The notes: a model not told the origin generated them from the sequence alone. Shown: positions 18,067-27,789, counted from the stretch's first letter. The stretch: 64,000 bases of DNA from Phycisphaerales bacterium (GCA_003142595.1 PLMU01000007.1:246925-310924), one strand, 5' to 3'. Program-made: numbers and translations.

Positions 18067-19314
18067 ATGAACCGCACACTTACAATCGTTGTATTATGCC
18101 TGATTGTATCAACAAATATTTTTGCCTCGACTAAGCCGGCCAAACCATTCAAGCCTGATATCACAGTTGCCAAAGATGGCTCAGGCGACTTCAATAGTCT
18201 CCAGGCTGCCATTAATTCTATCCCAAAGGGCAACACCGAACGCAAGGTCATCTTCATTAAAAATGGAACTTATGTTGAACATATCCTGATTGAGAATTCG
18301 TTTCTGACTCTTCGCGGCCAAGACCGTAAAAAGACCCGCATCCAGTGGGAGATAAATGATGAGCGCCTTGCCCCCCAGCAGCACAAAGACGGCAAAGGCA
18401 TTGCCACCCTCAATCTCAAAGACTCTAACGATATCATTATAGAAAATCTTACTATCGACAATCCCGCCAACCTCGGCAAAAAACCTTTTACAGTTTCCTC
18501 CACGGGAAAAGGCACGCGGATAATAATCCAAAATGCTGATATCCTCGGCTTGGGCGGCGATACATTATCGCTCTGGTCGCGAGGTATGTATTATCACCGT
18601 AATCTCTACGTCACAGGCACATATCATTTCGTCGGCCCGCGAGGCACCTGCTATATTTCCGATTCTACCCTCAAAGTCCTTTCAAAAGTCAGCAATGCTC
18701 TCTTCAATGAGGGTATGGACGACCAGCGGGAGAAGTTCGTCCTCCGCAACTGCACGCTTATTTCTAAAGAACATTTCGGCCTTGGCTCCTTTTTCCGCGA
18801 TACCGCCTGGTATTTCGTAGATTGTAAATTCCCCAAAACTCTCGACCCCAATGGCGCTATTTTCATCAAAGCAGCTAAAGACTACAAGTTCAAGTGGCCG
18901 ACAGACCGCATTTATTTTTCCAACTGCAAAGGCCCCGATTACAAATGGCTTAAGGACAATATCGAAAAGTCTGATGCAAAGACAGCCGCAGCAGTTACAG
19001 CAAAATGGACGTTCTCGGACCAGTGGGACCCTGAAAGCACTGTTGCTCCGGAAATTGCAGGGATTTGGGGCATAGGCGGAGTTATGAATGTAACGTTTTC
19101 CGAATCAGTTACTGTTAAAGGCTCGCCTGTGATAAGACTCGCCGACGGTAATGTCGCCACCTATTTATCTGGTTCCGGCACTAACATACTCGCATTCAAG
19201 GCCCCGGCGTTCGCCGCGCTCGAAACGCTCGATTCAAATGGCGGCCAGATACTTGCGTCCGCCGCTTCCGCCCAGCCCCGCTGCGTCCCCAGTCAAGTCA
19301 GGTTAGACAAGTAA
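18067..19314 (+). CDS. pectinesterase (carbohydrate esterase family 8)
   Basis: 415 aa with a signal peptide. VAKDGSGDFNSLQAAINSIP, GTYVEHI and GGDTLS match the CE8 blocks. A strong SD (AAGGAGG) lies upstream. Confidence 0.75.
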   Translation: MNRTLTIVVLCLIVSTNIFASTKPAKPFKPDITVAKDGSGDFNSLQAAINSIPKGNTERKVIFIKNGTYVEHILIENSFLTLRGQDRKKTRIQWEINDERLAPQQHKDGKGIATLNLKDSNDIIIENLTIDNPANLGKKPFTVSSTGKGTRIIIQNADILGLGGDTLSLWSRGMYYHRNLYVTGTYHFVGPRGTCYISDSTLKVLSKVSNALFNEGMDDQREKFVLRNCTLISKEHFGLGSFFRDTAWYFVDCKFPKTLDPNGAIFIKAAKDYKFKWPTDRIYFSNCKGPDYKWLKDNIEKSDAKTAAAVTAKWTFSDQWDPESTVAPEIAGIWGIGGVMNVTFSESVTVKGSPVIRLADGNVATYLSGSGTNILAFKAPAFAALETLDSNGGQILASAASAQPRCVPSQVRLDK

Positions 19315-19327
19315 TCCACATGTTTAG

Positions 19328-19346
19328 CCCCCACTTTTAGTGGGGG
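19328..19346 (+). terminator. GC-rich hairpin after the pectinesterase gene
   Basis: cccccact-ttt-agtggggg is a perfect 8-bp stem 14 nt after the stop. No U-tract follows, so its terminator function is uncertain. Confidence 0.35.
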
Positions 19347-19374
19347 TCCCGTCGTCCTCGTTGCCTGAATTTCC

Positions 19375-19403
19375 TTGATTTTTAACTGCAAATATGATAT
19401 AAT
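19375..19403 (+). promoter_or_regulatory. sigma-70-like promoter, TTGATT-N17-TATAAT
   Basis: Hexamers at 19375-80 and 19398-403 with a 17-nt spacer, about 40 nt upstream of the cyclophilin ATG. Confidence 0.4.
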
Positions 19404-19444
19404 TATTATTTGTAACTATATATACAAAAGCATTTTAAGGTTTT

Positions 19445-20422
19445 ATGAGAAGATTTTTAAGATTAGCGGTCATATTATCGGCTCTGCTCTGCATACAGAC
19501 GGTTTGCCTGTCAGCAGTACATAATCCCCGCGTCGTTCTGGAAACCAATCTTGGCAATATTGTTATTGAGCTTTTCCCCAGCCAGGCCCCGATAACAGTG
19601 GACAATTTTCTCGGATATGTAAACAGCGGATTCTATGACTACCTGTTGTTTCATCGTTCCATCCCGGGTTTTATGATTCAGGGCGGCGCTTATTATTACT
19701 ATAATGGGAGCATCTATTATTGGCCGCCTGACCAGCCGAATATAATCAATGAAAGCCATAACGGCCTGAGTAACGTTCGCGGCACAATCGCTATGGCTCG
19801 CACTTCCGACCCCAACTCGGCCAACTCACAGTTTTTTATTAATATCGTTAACAACCCTTCTCTCGACCGCGCAAATGCCGCCGACCATTTTGGCTATTGT
19901 GTCTTCGGACAGGTTGTCCAGGGTATGGATGTCGTTGACGCTATTGCCGCTGTGCCAACTCGTTATATTAATGATTCGCTTCAAAATTTCCCTGACCCGA
20001 TGGTGGGAATATATACCGCTCATGTCCTGCCCTGCTCCAGTCCTGATTGCAGTAACTTTAACTCCGATACAAAAGTGAACTTTCAGGATTTTGCGTTTTT
20101 CGCTTCGCAATGGCTCAATAGTGGTTGCAATTCAGCAAATAATTTCTGCCAGCAGCGCGACCTCAATTATGACGGCTTTGTTGACGTTGACGATTTAACC
20201 ATTTTCGTTAACAATTGGCTTTGGGGAACGATACCTGCCGACATTGATATTGATGGAAACGTGGATTTTATTGACTACGCGCACTTCGCTTCGCATTGGA
20301 TGGAGCAGAACTGTAGTTCATCGGACTGGTGCGGCCACGCTGACTTCGATAGAAGCGGACAGGTAGATATGTCCGACCTTGAAATCCTTATCAGCAACTG
20401 GCTTGTTAATACCACGCCCTGA
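19445..20422 (+). CDS. secreted cyclophilin-type peptidyl-prolyl isomerase with C-terminal dockerin-like repeats
   Basis: 325 aa with a signal peptide and the cyclophilin core VVLETNLGNIVIELF..APITVDNF..FHRSIPGFMIQGG. Four EF-hand-like segments follow: NFNSDTKVNFQDF, DLNYDGFVDVDDL, DIDIDGNVDFIDY and DFDRSGQVDMSDL. Confidence 0.9.
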   Translation: MRRFLRLAVILSALLCIQTVCLSAVHNPRVVLETNLGNIVIELFPSQAPITVDNFLGYVNSGFYDYLLFHRSIPGFMIQGGAYYYYNGSIYYWPPDQPNIINESHNGLSNVRGTIAMARTSDPNSANSQFFINIVNNPSLDRANAADHFGYCVFGQVVQGMDVVDAIAAVPTRYINDSLQNFPDPMVGIYTAHVLPCSSPDCSNFNSDTKVNFQDFAFFASQWLNSGCNSANNFCQQRDLNYDGFVDVDDLTIFVNNWLWGTIPADIDIDGNVDFIDYAHFASHWMEQNCSSSDWCGHADFDRSGQVDMSDLEILISNWLVNTTP

Positions 20423-20479
20423 TACTTTTCACACCTGCCTGCCCTGAGCAACCCGTGGTGAGCATGGTCGAACCAAGTC

Positions 20480-20510
20480 GAAGGGTTCACACCCTTCACA
20501 CTTTTCTTAC
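20480..20510 (+). terminator. possible terminator of the PPIase gene
   Basis: gaagggt-tcac-acccttc (7-bp stem) followed by the T-rich acacttttcttactttt. Confidence 0.35.
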
Positions 20511-20971
20511 TTTTCGCACATTTTAAGGCCGTGGCAATCTATTTTCTCAAATTTCAACATTTATCTACTGTACGATTACCGCCCGACTTTTTGTTTCTTT
20601 GCGGTTGTTCTCGTAGCGGTAGTATTAACTTTATATTAGGGAGTACCTTTGAGGAAAGACTTACGCATTTATTATTTTGCTCTGTATGGCTTCTAAGTCT
20701 TTGCCTTTAGGCATTACAAACAAACACTTGCTGCCGCTTCGCTATTGTAGCGGCACAAGCCCGCGTTGCAAGCCGTCTTTTTGCATCTTTTTATGGAGTC
20801 CGAAAATTCCGAAAATTACCGCTTAGCGACGGCGGATGTTAATCTGTGTCTAAAAATTCATGTCTTAGAAGAGCTTATACAGACACAAAAAGTCCGGCGA
20901 TATATTTGCCATTGAGACAGACAGCAAAGGCAAGGTTTTAAATACTTCCGGCACGTTTTTGACAAAAGACC

Positions 20972-21259
20972 TTAGCGGTTCGGATTTGCTGCGTTTTGTG
21001 GAGTCTCATAAAAAGCTTCTAAACATACTGGGCACAGTAGATGGCCTGATTCGATACGGGTCATTTCTTCATTCAGAATACCGCAACAGTCACAGAAATT
21101 ATATATCTGTTTGTTGTCTTCGGGAGTTTGAACAGAAGTATTGTCCGGAGGTGCCGATTCTTGAGATTTCTCTTGAATACTGCCATTAATCTTAATAATC
21201 AATTTGCGACAATCGGAAAGCGTCTGTGCTTGTTTCTTTTTAATAAACTCTGGTATCAT
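20972..21259 (-). CDS. hypothetical small zinc-ribbon protein
   Basis: 95 aa with a C-terminal CDCC...CPVC pair. It is an isolated ORF in a 1.1-kb gene-poor stretch. Confidence 0.35.
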   Translation of the reverse strand: MIPEFIKKKQAQTLSDCRKLIIKINGSIQEKSQESAPPDNTSVQTPEDNKQIYNFCDCCGILNEEMTRIESGHLLCPVCLEAFYETPQNAANPNR

Positions 21260-21414
21260 TCAAGAGTCCCCATAACTAATTCTCATACATTCTCAGAAAT
21301 ACTATCGGCACGTTAAATGTCGACCTTAACAAAAGCTTGGGTGCTTATACGATTAGAAAGCGGAAATAATTCTTATGCCTTTTTGCCGCATAAAAATAAA
21401 TAGGGCATTGGGGC

Positions 21415-21447
21415 TATAAAAAAATCCCGCGGTCAATCGCGGGATTT
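21415..21447 (-). terminator. rho-independent terminator of glgP
   Basis: On the minus strand, aaatcccgcg-attgac-cgcgggattt is followed by a T-run, about 120 nt downstream of the glgP stop. Confidence 0.65.
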
Positions 21448-21565
21448 AGGATTTTATTTTCTCTGAGTTCGGTGCCTGTGAAATGCAAATTAGTTGTGCG
21501 TCAGGATTACGATTAACGTAAGACGATTGCCGAAACGAGCCGCGTCACCGTAACCATATTACAAG

Positions 21566-24220
21566 TTACTTCTTATTTCCGTCGCCGTTGGTTGATTCCC
21601 ATATTATCATGCCCGGCTCATACGGGTCTGCCAGTTCTTTTGCTCCCGGCAGGACGCGCACGGCGAATCCGCACTTACCGCTGCGGGCGCATTTTATTGT
21701 TCCCGTAAATACGCAGGTATTTTGGCTGCTCTTTTCAGTCGAATGGCTCATTTCTTTGACGCTTCCGCGGTTTATATTGCCCCACGAATCAACGGCTCCG
21801 TGATATATTTGCACTGAGACATCGTCGGGTCCCAATCCGCCAAGTCTTACTGAAGCGGTTATTTCCAGTTCGCTTCCGACTTCGAGTCCGTTTGCGTTTC
21901 CATTAAGGGTTACTGCCGTATTGCCGGTTTTAACCTGGACATCGACATCTTCTATTTTTATATTTTTCCATTCTTCTTTCAGCCTATTTTTCAAAGTGGC
22001 CGCCGCTTTAACTTTTTCCATATCTGAGGACGCCAGCGACTCCCATTTTTCCGCTGCTATTTTGTAGAATCTTGCTGTGTATTCAGCTACCATTCTATGG
22101 GTATTGAATCGTGGCACGATAAACTTTATCGAATTTTTCATTCGGCTTATCCACGCTCTTGGCAGGTTATCTGTTGAGTGGGTATAGAACAGCGGGACTA
22201 TTTCATTTTCGAACAGGTTAAATATAGCTTCTGACTCTACTTTATCTTGGTATTCGAAATCATCGTACGTTTCACCTGCTCCGATTACCCATCCGCCGTT
22301 TAGCGTATATCCTTCGCACCACCATCCATCGAGCGTGCTTACATTAAGCGCCCCGTTCAGTGCCGCTTTCATCCCGCTCGTCCCGCTTGCCTCTAATGGG
22401 ACCCGCGGGTTGTTGAGCCAGATGTCGACGCCCTGGACCATGTAACGGGCGATGTCGATATTATAATCCTCAAGGAAAACAAGTCTCCTTCGGACATCGT
22501 TCCTTGTCGCGAAATGGATGAGCTGCCTGATTATCTCCTTGCCCTCCGCATCATTGGGATGAGCCTTGCCGGCAAAAATAAACTGAACCGGCTTGTCAGT
22601 CCTGTTCAATAACTTGACAAACCTTTCAACATCCTTCAATAAAAGATTGCCCCTCTTATATGTCGCAAACCTCCGGGCAAAACCAACTGTCAAAGCCTCC
22701 GGGTCCAAAACCTGCTCGGCCCAGCCTAACTCGGTGTGATACGTGCCGCGACGCTGCATCTGATTCTTAATCTGCTTGCGAACAAAACTAATCAGATTCT
22801 CCTTGTTCCTTCTATGTATCCGCCATAATTCCTCGTCGGGAATCTGGTCGGCATTCTGCCAGGTAGACTCTTCAGCAATTTCCTCGGCCCAGTTGAAACC
22901 CAAATACCTTTCAAAAAGCTGATTCATCTCCGAAGAAATAAAACTCTTGGCGTGTATGCCATTAGTAATCGACTGAATCGGCACTTCATCTACCGGTAAA
23001 TTCGGCCATAACTCGGCCCACATCGCACGCGAAACCCTGCCGTGCAATTTGCTGACACCATTTCGCCAGGTGCTTAATTTCAAAGCCAAAACCGGCATCT
23101 TAAATGTTTCGCTGTCCTTCGACGGGTCAACTCTGCCAAGGGCAAGAAATTGATTCCGGTCAAGACCAAGCTTCGGAAAATAATTGCCGAAATATTTTAA
23201 CATAAGCTCCGGACTAAACTCATCATTGCCGGCCTTTACGGGAGTGTGAACGGTAAAAACATTGCAGGCTTTAGTCGCTTCCAGGGCCTGGTCGAAACTG
23301 AGATTCTTCGTAACGCAAAGATGCCTCATCCGCTCAAGAGCCATAAACGCGGCGTGGCCTTCGTTCATGTGACATACGGACGGCTCAAGACCCATCGCTA
23401 AAAGCGCTTTGAAGCCGCCAATGCCGATAAGTATCTCCTGCTGAATTCTAAATTCAGTATTGCCGGCGTAAAGAGCGGAAGTAATCAGCCTGTCCTGCTC
23501 CGAATTAGCGGGAATATTAGTGTCGAGCAAAAAGAGCTTCACCCTGCCGACAGTAATTTTCCAGATTTGAGCGACGACCTGCCTTGCGGGAAACTCCAGC
23601 TTGATAGTCAGCGGCGTTTCACTTTTCTTGCGGACAAGCTCTGCGGGCATATTGAAAAAATCATTGTCCTCATAACGCTCCTGCTGCCAGCCGTCAGCGT
23701 TAAGATACTGCCTGAAATATCCTTTCTGATACATCAGGCCGACGCCGACAAGAGGCAACCCTAAATCAGATGCGCTTTTTAAATGGTCTCCTGCGAGTAT
23801 GCCAAGACCGCCGGCGTAAACCGGCAGCGATTCGTGAACGCCAAATTCAAGACTGAAATACGCGATGACAGGCTTGTGCTCCTTTGTCCAAATTCTGTCA
23901 AACCAGCCGGGCGAAGTCGTATAGTGATTTAACTTTTCCTCGGCCTGCTTCAACTGATATATGTAACCCTGCATCGAGGCAAGGTCGTTAAGCCTGCTCT
24001 GACTTACGGTGCCGAGAAGCTTTACCGGATTGTGGCCGCACAGCTCCCATTTTTCAGGGTCAATCTGACGGAATAATTCGATAAATTCCGGATTCCACGA
24101 CCAGAACATATTGTGCGCGATAGCCCTAAGACCTTTAAGCTGCTCAGGCAGAGACGGTAAAACCGTAAAATTACGAATTTTTTGCATAATCTTTGATTCC
24201 TTCACCCTAATTATCGTCAT
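21566..24220 (-). CDS. glgP: alpha-glucan (glycogen/maltodextrin) phosphorylase, GT35
   Basis: 884 aa. AYFSLEFG..LPVYAGGLGILAGD, EASGTSGMKAALNG (the PLP-lysine region) and the overall architecture match the alpha-glucan phosphorylase family. The likelier start is the ATG at 24187 (MQKIRNF). Confidence 0.9.
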   Translation of the reverse strand: MTIIRVKESKIMQKIRNFTVLPSLPEQLKGLRAIAHNMFWSWNPEFIELFRQIDPEKWELCGHNPVKLLGTVSQSRLNDLASMQGYIYQLKQAEEKLNHYTTSPGWFDRIWTKEHKPVIAYFSLEFGVHESLPVYAGGLGILAGDHLKSASDLGLPLVGVGLMYQKGYFRQYLNADGWQQERYEDNDFFNMPAELVRKKSETPLTIKLEFPARQVVAQIWKITVGRVKLFLLDTNIPANSEQDRLITSALYAGNTEFRIQQEILIGIGGFKALLAMGLEPSVCHMNEGHAAFMALERMRHLCVTKNLSFDQALEATKACNVFTVHTPVKAGNDEFSPELMLKYFGNYFPKLGLDRNQFLALGRVDPSKDSETFKMPVLALKLSTWRNGVSKLHGRVSRAMWAELWPNLPVDEVPIQSITNGIHAKSFISSEMNQLFERYLGFNWAEEIAEESTWQNADQIPDEELWRIHRRNKENLISFVRKQIKNQMQRRGTYHTELGWAEQVLDPEALTVGFARRFATYKRGNLLLKDVERFVKLLNRTDKPVQFIFAGKAHPNDAEGKEIIRQLIHFATRNDVRRRLVFLEDYNIDIARYMVQGVDIWLNNPRVPLEASGTSGMKAALNGALNVSTLDGWWCEGYTLNGGWVIGAGETYDDFEYQDKVESEAIFNLFENEIVPLFYTHSTDNLPRAWISRMKNSIKFIVPRFNTHRMVAEYTARFYKIAAEKWESLASSDMEKVKAAATLKNRLKEEWKNIKIEDVDVQVKTGNTAVTLNGNANGLEVGSELEITASVRLGGLGPDDVSVQIYHGAVDSWGNINRGSVKEMSHSTEKSSQNTCVFTGTIKCARSGKCGFAVRVLPGAKELADPYEPGMIIWESTNGDGNKK

Positions 24221-24322
24221 TATAAGGTATTTGCTTAATTGACGGTAATAAAAAGGGAATAAGTTATCGGACGCGGAAATGTAAGAATTAACTGCGGATT
24301 TATAGCCACTAAGGCACTAAGA

Positions 24323-24495
24323 CACGAAGATTTTAGACGCTGATCCGCCTCCGTCAAAGACTATGGCGGACAAGTTTCGCTGATTTATTTGATTTAATTA
24401 TTTAACACGAAGAACACGAAGCGACACGAAGAATTATAATATATTGTTTTTTTAATTATATAGATTTTCCCTTCGTGGTTCTTCAATTCTTCGTG
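24323..24495. repeat. CACGAAG heptamer array in inverted arrangement
   Basis: CACGAAG occurs at 24323, 24406, 24415 and 24425. The complement CTTCGTG occurs at 24471 and 24489. cacgaagaatt (24425-35) is the exact complement of aattcttcgtg (24485-95), around an AT-rich spacer. Confidence 0.6.
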
Positions 24496-24543
24496 GTGGA
24501 ATGGTTTTTTCAGGAAACGGCGTCTGACACTTTTAATCCTGTC

Positions 24544-25458
24544 TTATTTCTGTCCCCCTTTTTCTTTTTGTTTATCGATGAACTCACAGATTTCATATAG
24601 AATCTCATCTGTATCTCGATGAGCATACATGAACCTACATCCATTTGTCCAAAGAAGATAGTTAATGCAATGCCCCCATTGTTCATCTAATTTAAAATAC
24701 TTGTTGTCTTCTCTTGGCCCTCCGATTTCCAATACTCGATAAGGTGTTATTGGAAAATAGATTATTGTTCCTTCAGTGCCAATTCCGAATTTGTCTTTAT
24801 TAAAATTAACTGTGATAACAGGATAATCACTTGTTGCAAGAATAGGTTTTTGAAATATTAAAAAACTCCATTTTTTTTCCAACAAGATATTTGCAAATTC
24901 AAAAGTTCCTTCTTTGATGCTCTCTACAAAGGACCGCTTTAAGTCTTCTTCGGAGGCATTTTTAAAAATAAACCAATCAGAGAATACAACTTCTTGTTCT
25001 TTATCGTTGTATATTATTTTTCTTATAGGTAACCCAGATTTGTTTTTTGGAAGACAATCAATTTGCTTCAGCATATTACGATAAATATCTTTTTGCAATT
25101 CGAAAGAATTATTACAACGAAGTATAGTAGTTGCAAGAAAAACACTTATGATTCTCCGAATCAAATTGGAAATATCTATATATTCGTAACACACTTCTTG
25201 CCAGATTCTGGCTACTATTTGTTCCAGTTCGGCCAAACGGTTTTCCATATAAAAATCACGATTACCTTTATCATCAAGAGGAGAATACATAAATCGGCTT
25301 GATGCAGCATCCAAAATAGATATTATTACTGGTTCCGGATCTTGATGTTTTTTTGAATATGCCCAAACTTTTGGAATCTTAGAATTTTTTGTTTCAGGAA
25401 TTGCAAACTGTTTAAGGTAAAAACGAGGTATCCAATGCTGTTTTTTGGGAACATTCAT
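24544..25458 (-). CDS. DUF4238-family protein
   Basis: 304 aa. The N-terminal HWIPRFYLKQF and the later ATSDYPVI match the two conserved DUF4238 blocks. It is the last gene of a tight three-gene operon. Confidence 0.75.
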   Translation of the reverse strand: MNVPKKQHWIPRFYLKQFAIPETKNSKIPKVWAYSKKHQDPEPVIISILDAASSRFMYSPLDDKGNRDFYMENRLAELEQIVARIWQEVCYEYIDISNLIRRIISVFLATTILRCNNSFELQKDIYRNMLKQIDCLPKNKSGLPIRKIIYNDKEQEVVFSDWFIFKNASEEDLKRSFVESIKEGTFEFANILLEKKWSFLIFQKPILATSDYPVITVNFNKDKFGIGTEGTIIYFPITPYRVLEIGGPREDNKYFKLDEQWGHCINYLLWTNGCRFMYAHRDTDEILYEICEFIDKQKEKGGQK

Positions 25459-25463
25459 TTTGT

Positions 25464-26129
25464 TTATATTGTTCTTATGTTTTTATTCGTTTTATACTTA
25501 TCAATCCACCAACAAGATGGATATTCAGAACAGGAATTCGGCAAAATAGCTACATGATATTCTGCCAACTTAATTAAGTAATCAAGATGAAAGCTAATCA
25601 TTCTTTTTATCTCATTATTCATCAATCTTCCTATATAACTAATCCTCGCATCTTTTCTACTTGGCGGAACATGAGTTATATATTTGGCAGCACAATATTC
25701 ATGAGAATATCCGCATCGCAACCTTTCGTAAATTAAAGAAGCGTAGCAATGTTCTTGAAGTAGATCAGGTGAAGTTGGATGGTATTTTTCCATAGCATCC
25801 TCTATACTAAGATCAATTTCATCATCACAGTAAATGTTACAACCATATCCCGGTTTTCCATATGGAGTCTGATTATTGGTGATTAGCCCAGCATTAAGAA
25901 GGGATGGAACGCTAACCCATGATGTTCTAAAATCAGGTGATGAATATATTACCAATAATTCAATAAATTTTTTTCTATCTATACCGATAACTCGATTTGG
26001 CCAACGACGTGACGCACATGCCGATAAGACCGTACATACAATGAGAACCAAATCTGCATAATGAACTTCTATATCGCTACGAAGAAGTTCTTTAATTAAA
26101 TTTATACGGCCTTGTAGAAACTCATTCAT
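25464..26129 (-). CDS. hypothetical protein (middle gene of the MTase/DUF4238 operon)
   Basis: 221 aa and Cys/His/Tyr-rich, with no motif I can recognise. It lies 8 nt after the MTase stop and 5 nt before the DUF4238 start. Confidence 0.6.
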   Translation of the reverse strand: MNEFLQGRINLIKELLRSDIEVHYADLVLIVCTVLSACASRRWPNRVIGIDRKKFIELLVIYSSPDFRTSWVSVPSLLNAGLITNNQTPYGKPGYGCNIYCDDEIDLSIEDAMEKYHPTSPDLLQEHCYASLIYERLRCGYSHEYCAAKYITHVPPSRKDARISYIGRLMNNEIKRMISFHLDYLIKLAEYHVAILPNSCSEYPSCWWIDKYKTNKNIRTI

Positions 26130-26137
26130 AATGTATC

Positions 26138-27700
26138 TTAAGCTAATTTATATGCGATTTGTTCGTCTAAAATATCTTTGACGGTAATGGGGCGAATTAT
26201 CTTGCCGGTCTTTTTGAAAAAGGCCTGAATCTCACTCATCGCATCCTGCGAATAATCAAACGAAACGAAAAAGCCCTGCGTGCGGTCTTCGCGCATCATA
26301 ACCGCTTCAAAGGCATCTATATCAGGTCTGCCAACCTTGTCTTTCTGCTTGACCTGGATTGGATACCATACATCCATAAATTCCAGTTCGCCTTCCTTTT
26401 TCTTAGGCACGGCAGAGACAGGGTAAATCCGGCCGTCAATTCCCATATCGCCGACCTGCGCTTTATTGGGTCTGCCGCCAAGTGCGATAACTGCCCAGTT
26501 CTCAAATTCAAAGTGCGGCAATTCCCGCAGTTTCTTTTCAGACCAAGGCAAATCACGAACAACAAAGCCCCGACCAATTTTCCAGAGTTTATCATCTTCT
26601 TTAATTTTGCATACATCGCGCAGACGTTTTGCCATAACACGGCAGGCAGTCGGCGATACGTCAATGCCAATCCACTGCCGATTTAAATTTTCAGCGGCAA
26701 CAAGAGCCGTGCCGCAACCGCAAAAGGCATCAAGGACGATATCATTGGGATTACTTGAAGCCTTAATTATTCTTTCGAGTAGTGCTAAAGGTTTTTGTGT
26801 CGGATAGCCAAGACGTTCTGCATCTGCACCACGAAGTTGAGGAATATCTGTCCAGACATTGCCAATTATTGCTCCTTTTTGTTCATCAAGATATCTCTTA
26901 CGCATAATTCTGCCAGTTTTGTCTTTAGGGAAAAGCAATAAACCTTTCTTATCTAATTCTTGCATCGTTTCAAGAGAGTACCGCCAACCTTTTGGGGGAA
27001 ATGGATATCCCTTATAATCATACATAAGATTAGGTCTAGGATTAGGACTTGTCATATTATCAGCGTTAAATCTTCTCGCGTCTGGAGGAATTGTTTGAGT
27101 ATCACGTTCATCTTTGGTCATTTTCCGAATAGTACCATCAGGAAGTTCTAAAAATTGATACCAATCGTGTAGCGTCTGATCAGCATATAAACCATGCTGA
27201 GGATTGAAAATTGCTTCTTCTGACTTTGTATAGAAAAAGATATAATCATTAACAACTGGAAATTGCCCTTTAGCATCATTATGTGTATCTGACCTTTTCC
27301 ATATAATTTCATTTTGGAAACTATCTTCGCCAAAAATCTGGTCGAGCATAATTTTGACGTAGTGTGAGGCGTGCCAGTCGCAGTGGAAATAAAACGAGCC
27401 GGTAGTTTTTAGAACTCGGTGCAATTCTTCGCAGCGCGGGCGCATAAATTCGATATAGGCCTGTGTTGAGGCGTGGCGGTCTTCAAATGAGCGTTTTTCT
27501 TTTGTTTCGCCCCAGAAGACTTCATAGTTTCGGTTGGAGTTAAAGGGTGGGTCGATATAAATAAGGTCAACGCAGTTTTCGGGCAGTTTTTTCAGTTGTT
27601 CGAGGTTGTCGCCGCAGTAGATTACCCGCGTATCGACCAAAGCCGACGGTTTACCGGCAGGCGTAGTTTTCTTTGAATCGGATGCAGGTTTCTTTGCCAT
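26138..27700 (-). CDS. beta-class N6A/N4C DNA methyltransferase fused to a C-terminal PD-(D/E)xK (Mrr-like) nuclease-fold domain
   Basis: 520 aa. Motif IV is LIYIDPPFNS near the N-terminus. YPTQKPLALLERII and motif I (LDAFCGCGTALVAA) come later. The last 130 aa or so read GDMGIDGRIY...WYPIQVKQKDKVGRPDIDAF, which looks like a restriction-endonuclease core. Confidence 0.85.
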   Translation of the reverse strand: MAKKPASDSKKTTPAGKPSALVDTRVIYCGDNLEQLKKLPENCVDLIYIDPPFNSNRNYEVFWGETKEKRSFEDRHASTQAYIEFMRPRCEELHRVLKTTGSFYFHCDWHASHYVKIMLDQIFGEDSFQNEIIWKRSDTHNDAKGQFPVVNDYIFFYTKSEEAIFNPQHGLYADQTLHDWYQFLELPDGTIRKMTKDERDTQTIPPDARRFNADNMTSPNPRPNLMYDYKGYPFPPKGWRYSLETMQELDKKGLLLFPKDKTGRIMRKRYLDEQKGAIIGNVWTDIPQLRGADAERLGYPTQKPLALLERIIKASSNPNDIVLDAFCGCGTALVAAENLNRQWIGIDVSPTACRVMAKRLRDVCKIKEDDKLWKIGRGFVVRDLPWSEKKLRELPHFEFENWAVIALGGRPNKAQVGDMGIDGRIYPVSAVPKKKEGELEFMDVWYPIQVKQKDKVGRPDIDAFEAVMMREDRTQGFFVSFDYSQDAMSEIQAFFKKTGKIIRPITVKDILDEQIAYKLA

Positions 27701-27789
27701 AAGTCATTAGTTTAAAGTGAAAAAGGAAAAATGCAAAGGGAATTTTGGATTGATTTAGACGAGATTGCCGCGCTGCGCTCGCAATGACA

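Noticed and set aside
20430-20480. The sequence ...cctgccctgagcaacccgtggtgagcatggtcgaaccaagtcgaaggg..., and similar short GC-rich hairpin elements beginning TTAGCCCCC at 19324 (+) and 27812 (-).
   Set aside because: They resemble the short REP-like intergenic elements that yield spurious peptides in many genomes. There are only one or two copies in the window, so no family or function can be supported here.
20423-20971. Searched the 550-bp non-coding stretch for tRNA, riboswitch or mobile-element ends.
   Set aside because: No cloverleaf, no conserved riboswitch core and no terminal inverted repeats were seen, only small hairpins (e.g. tgccgct...agcggca).
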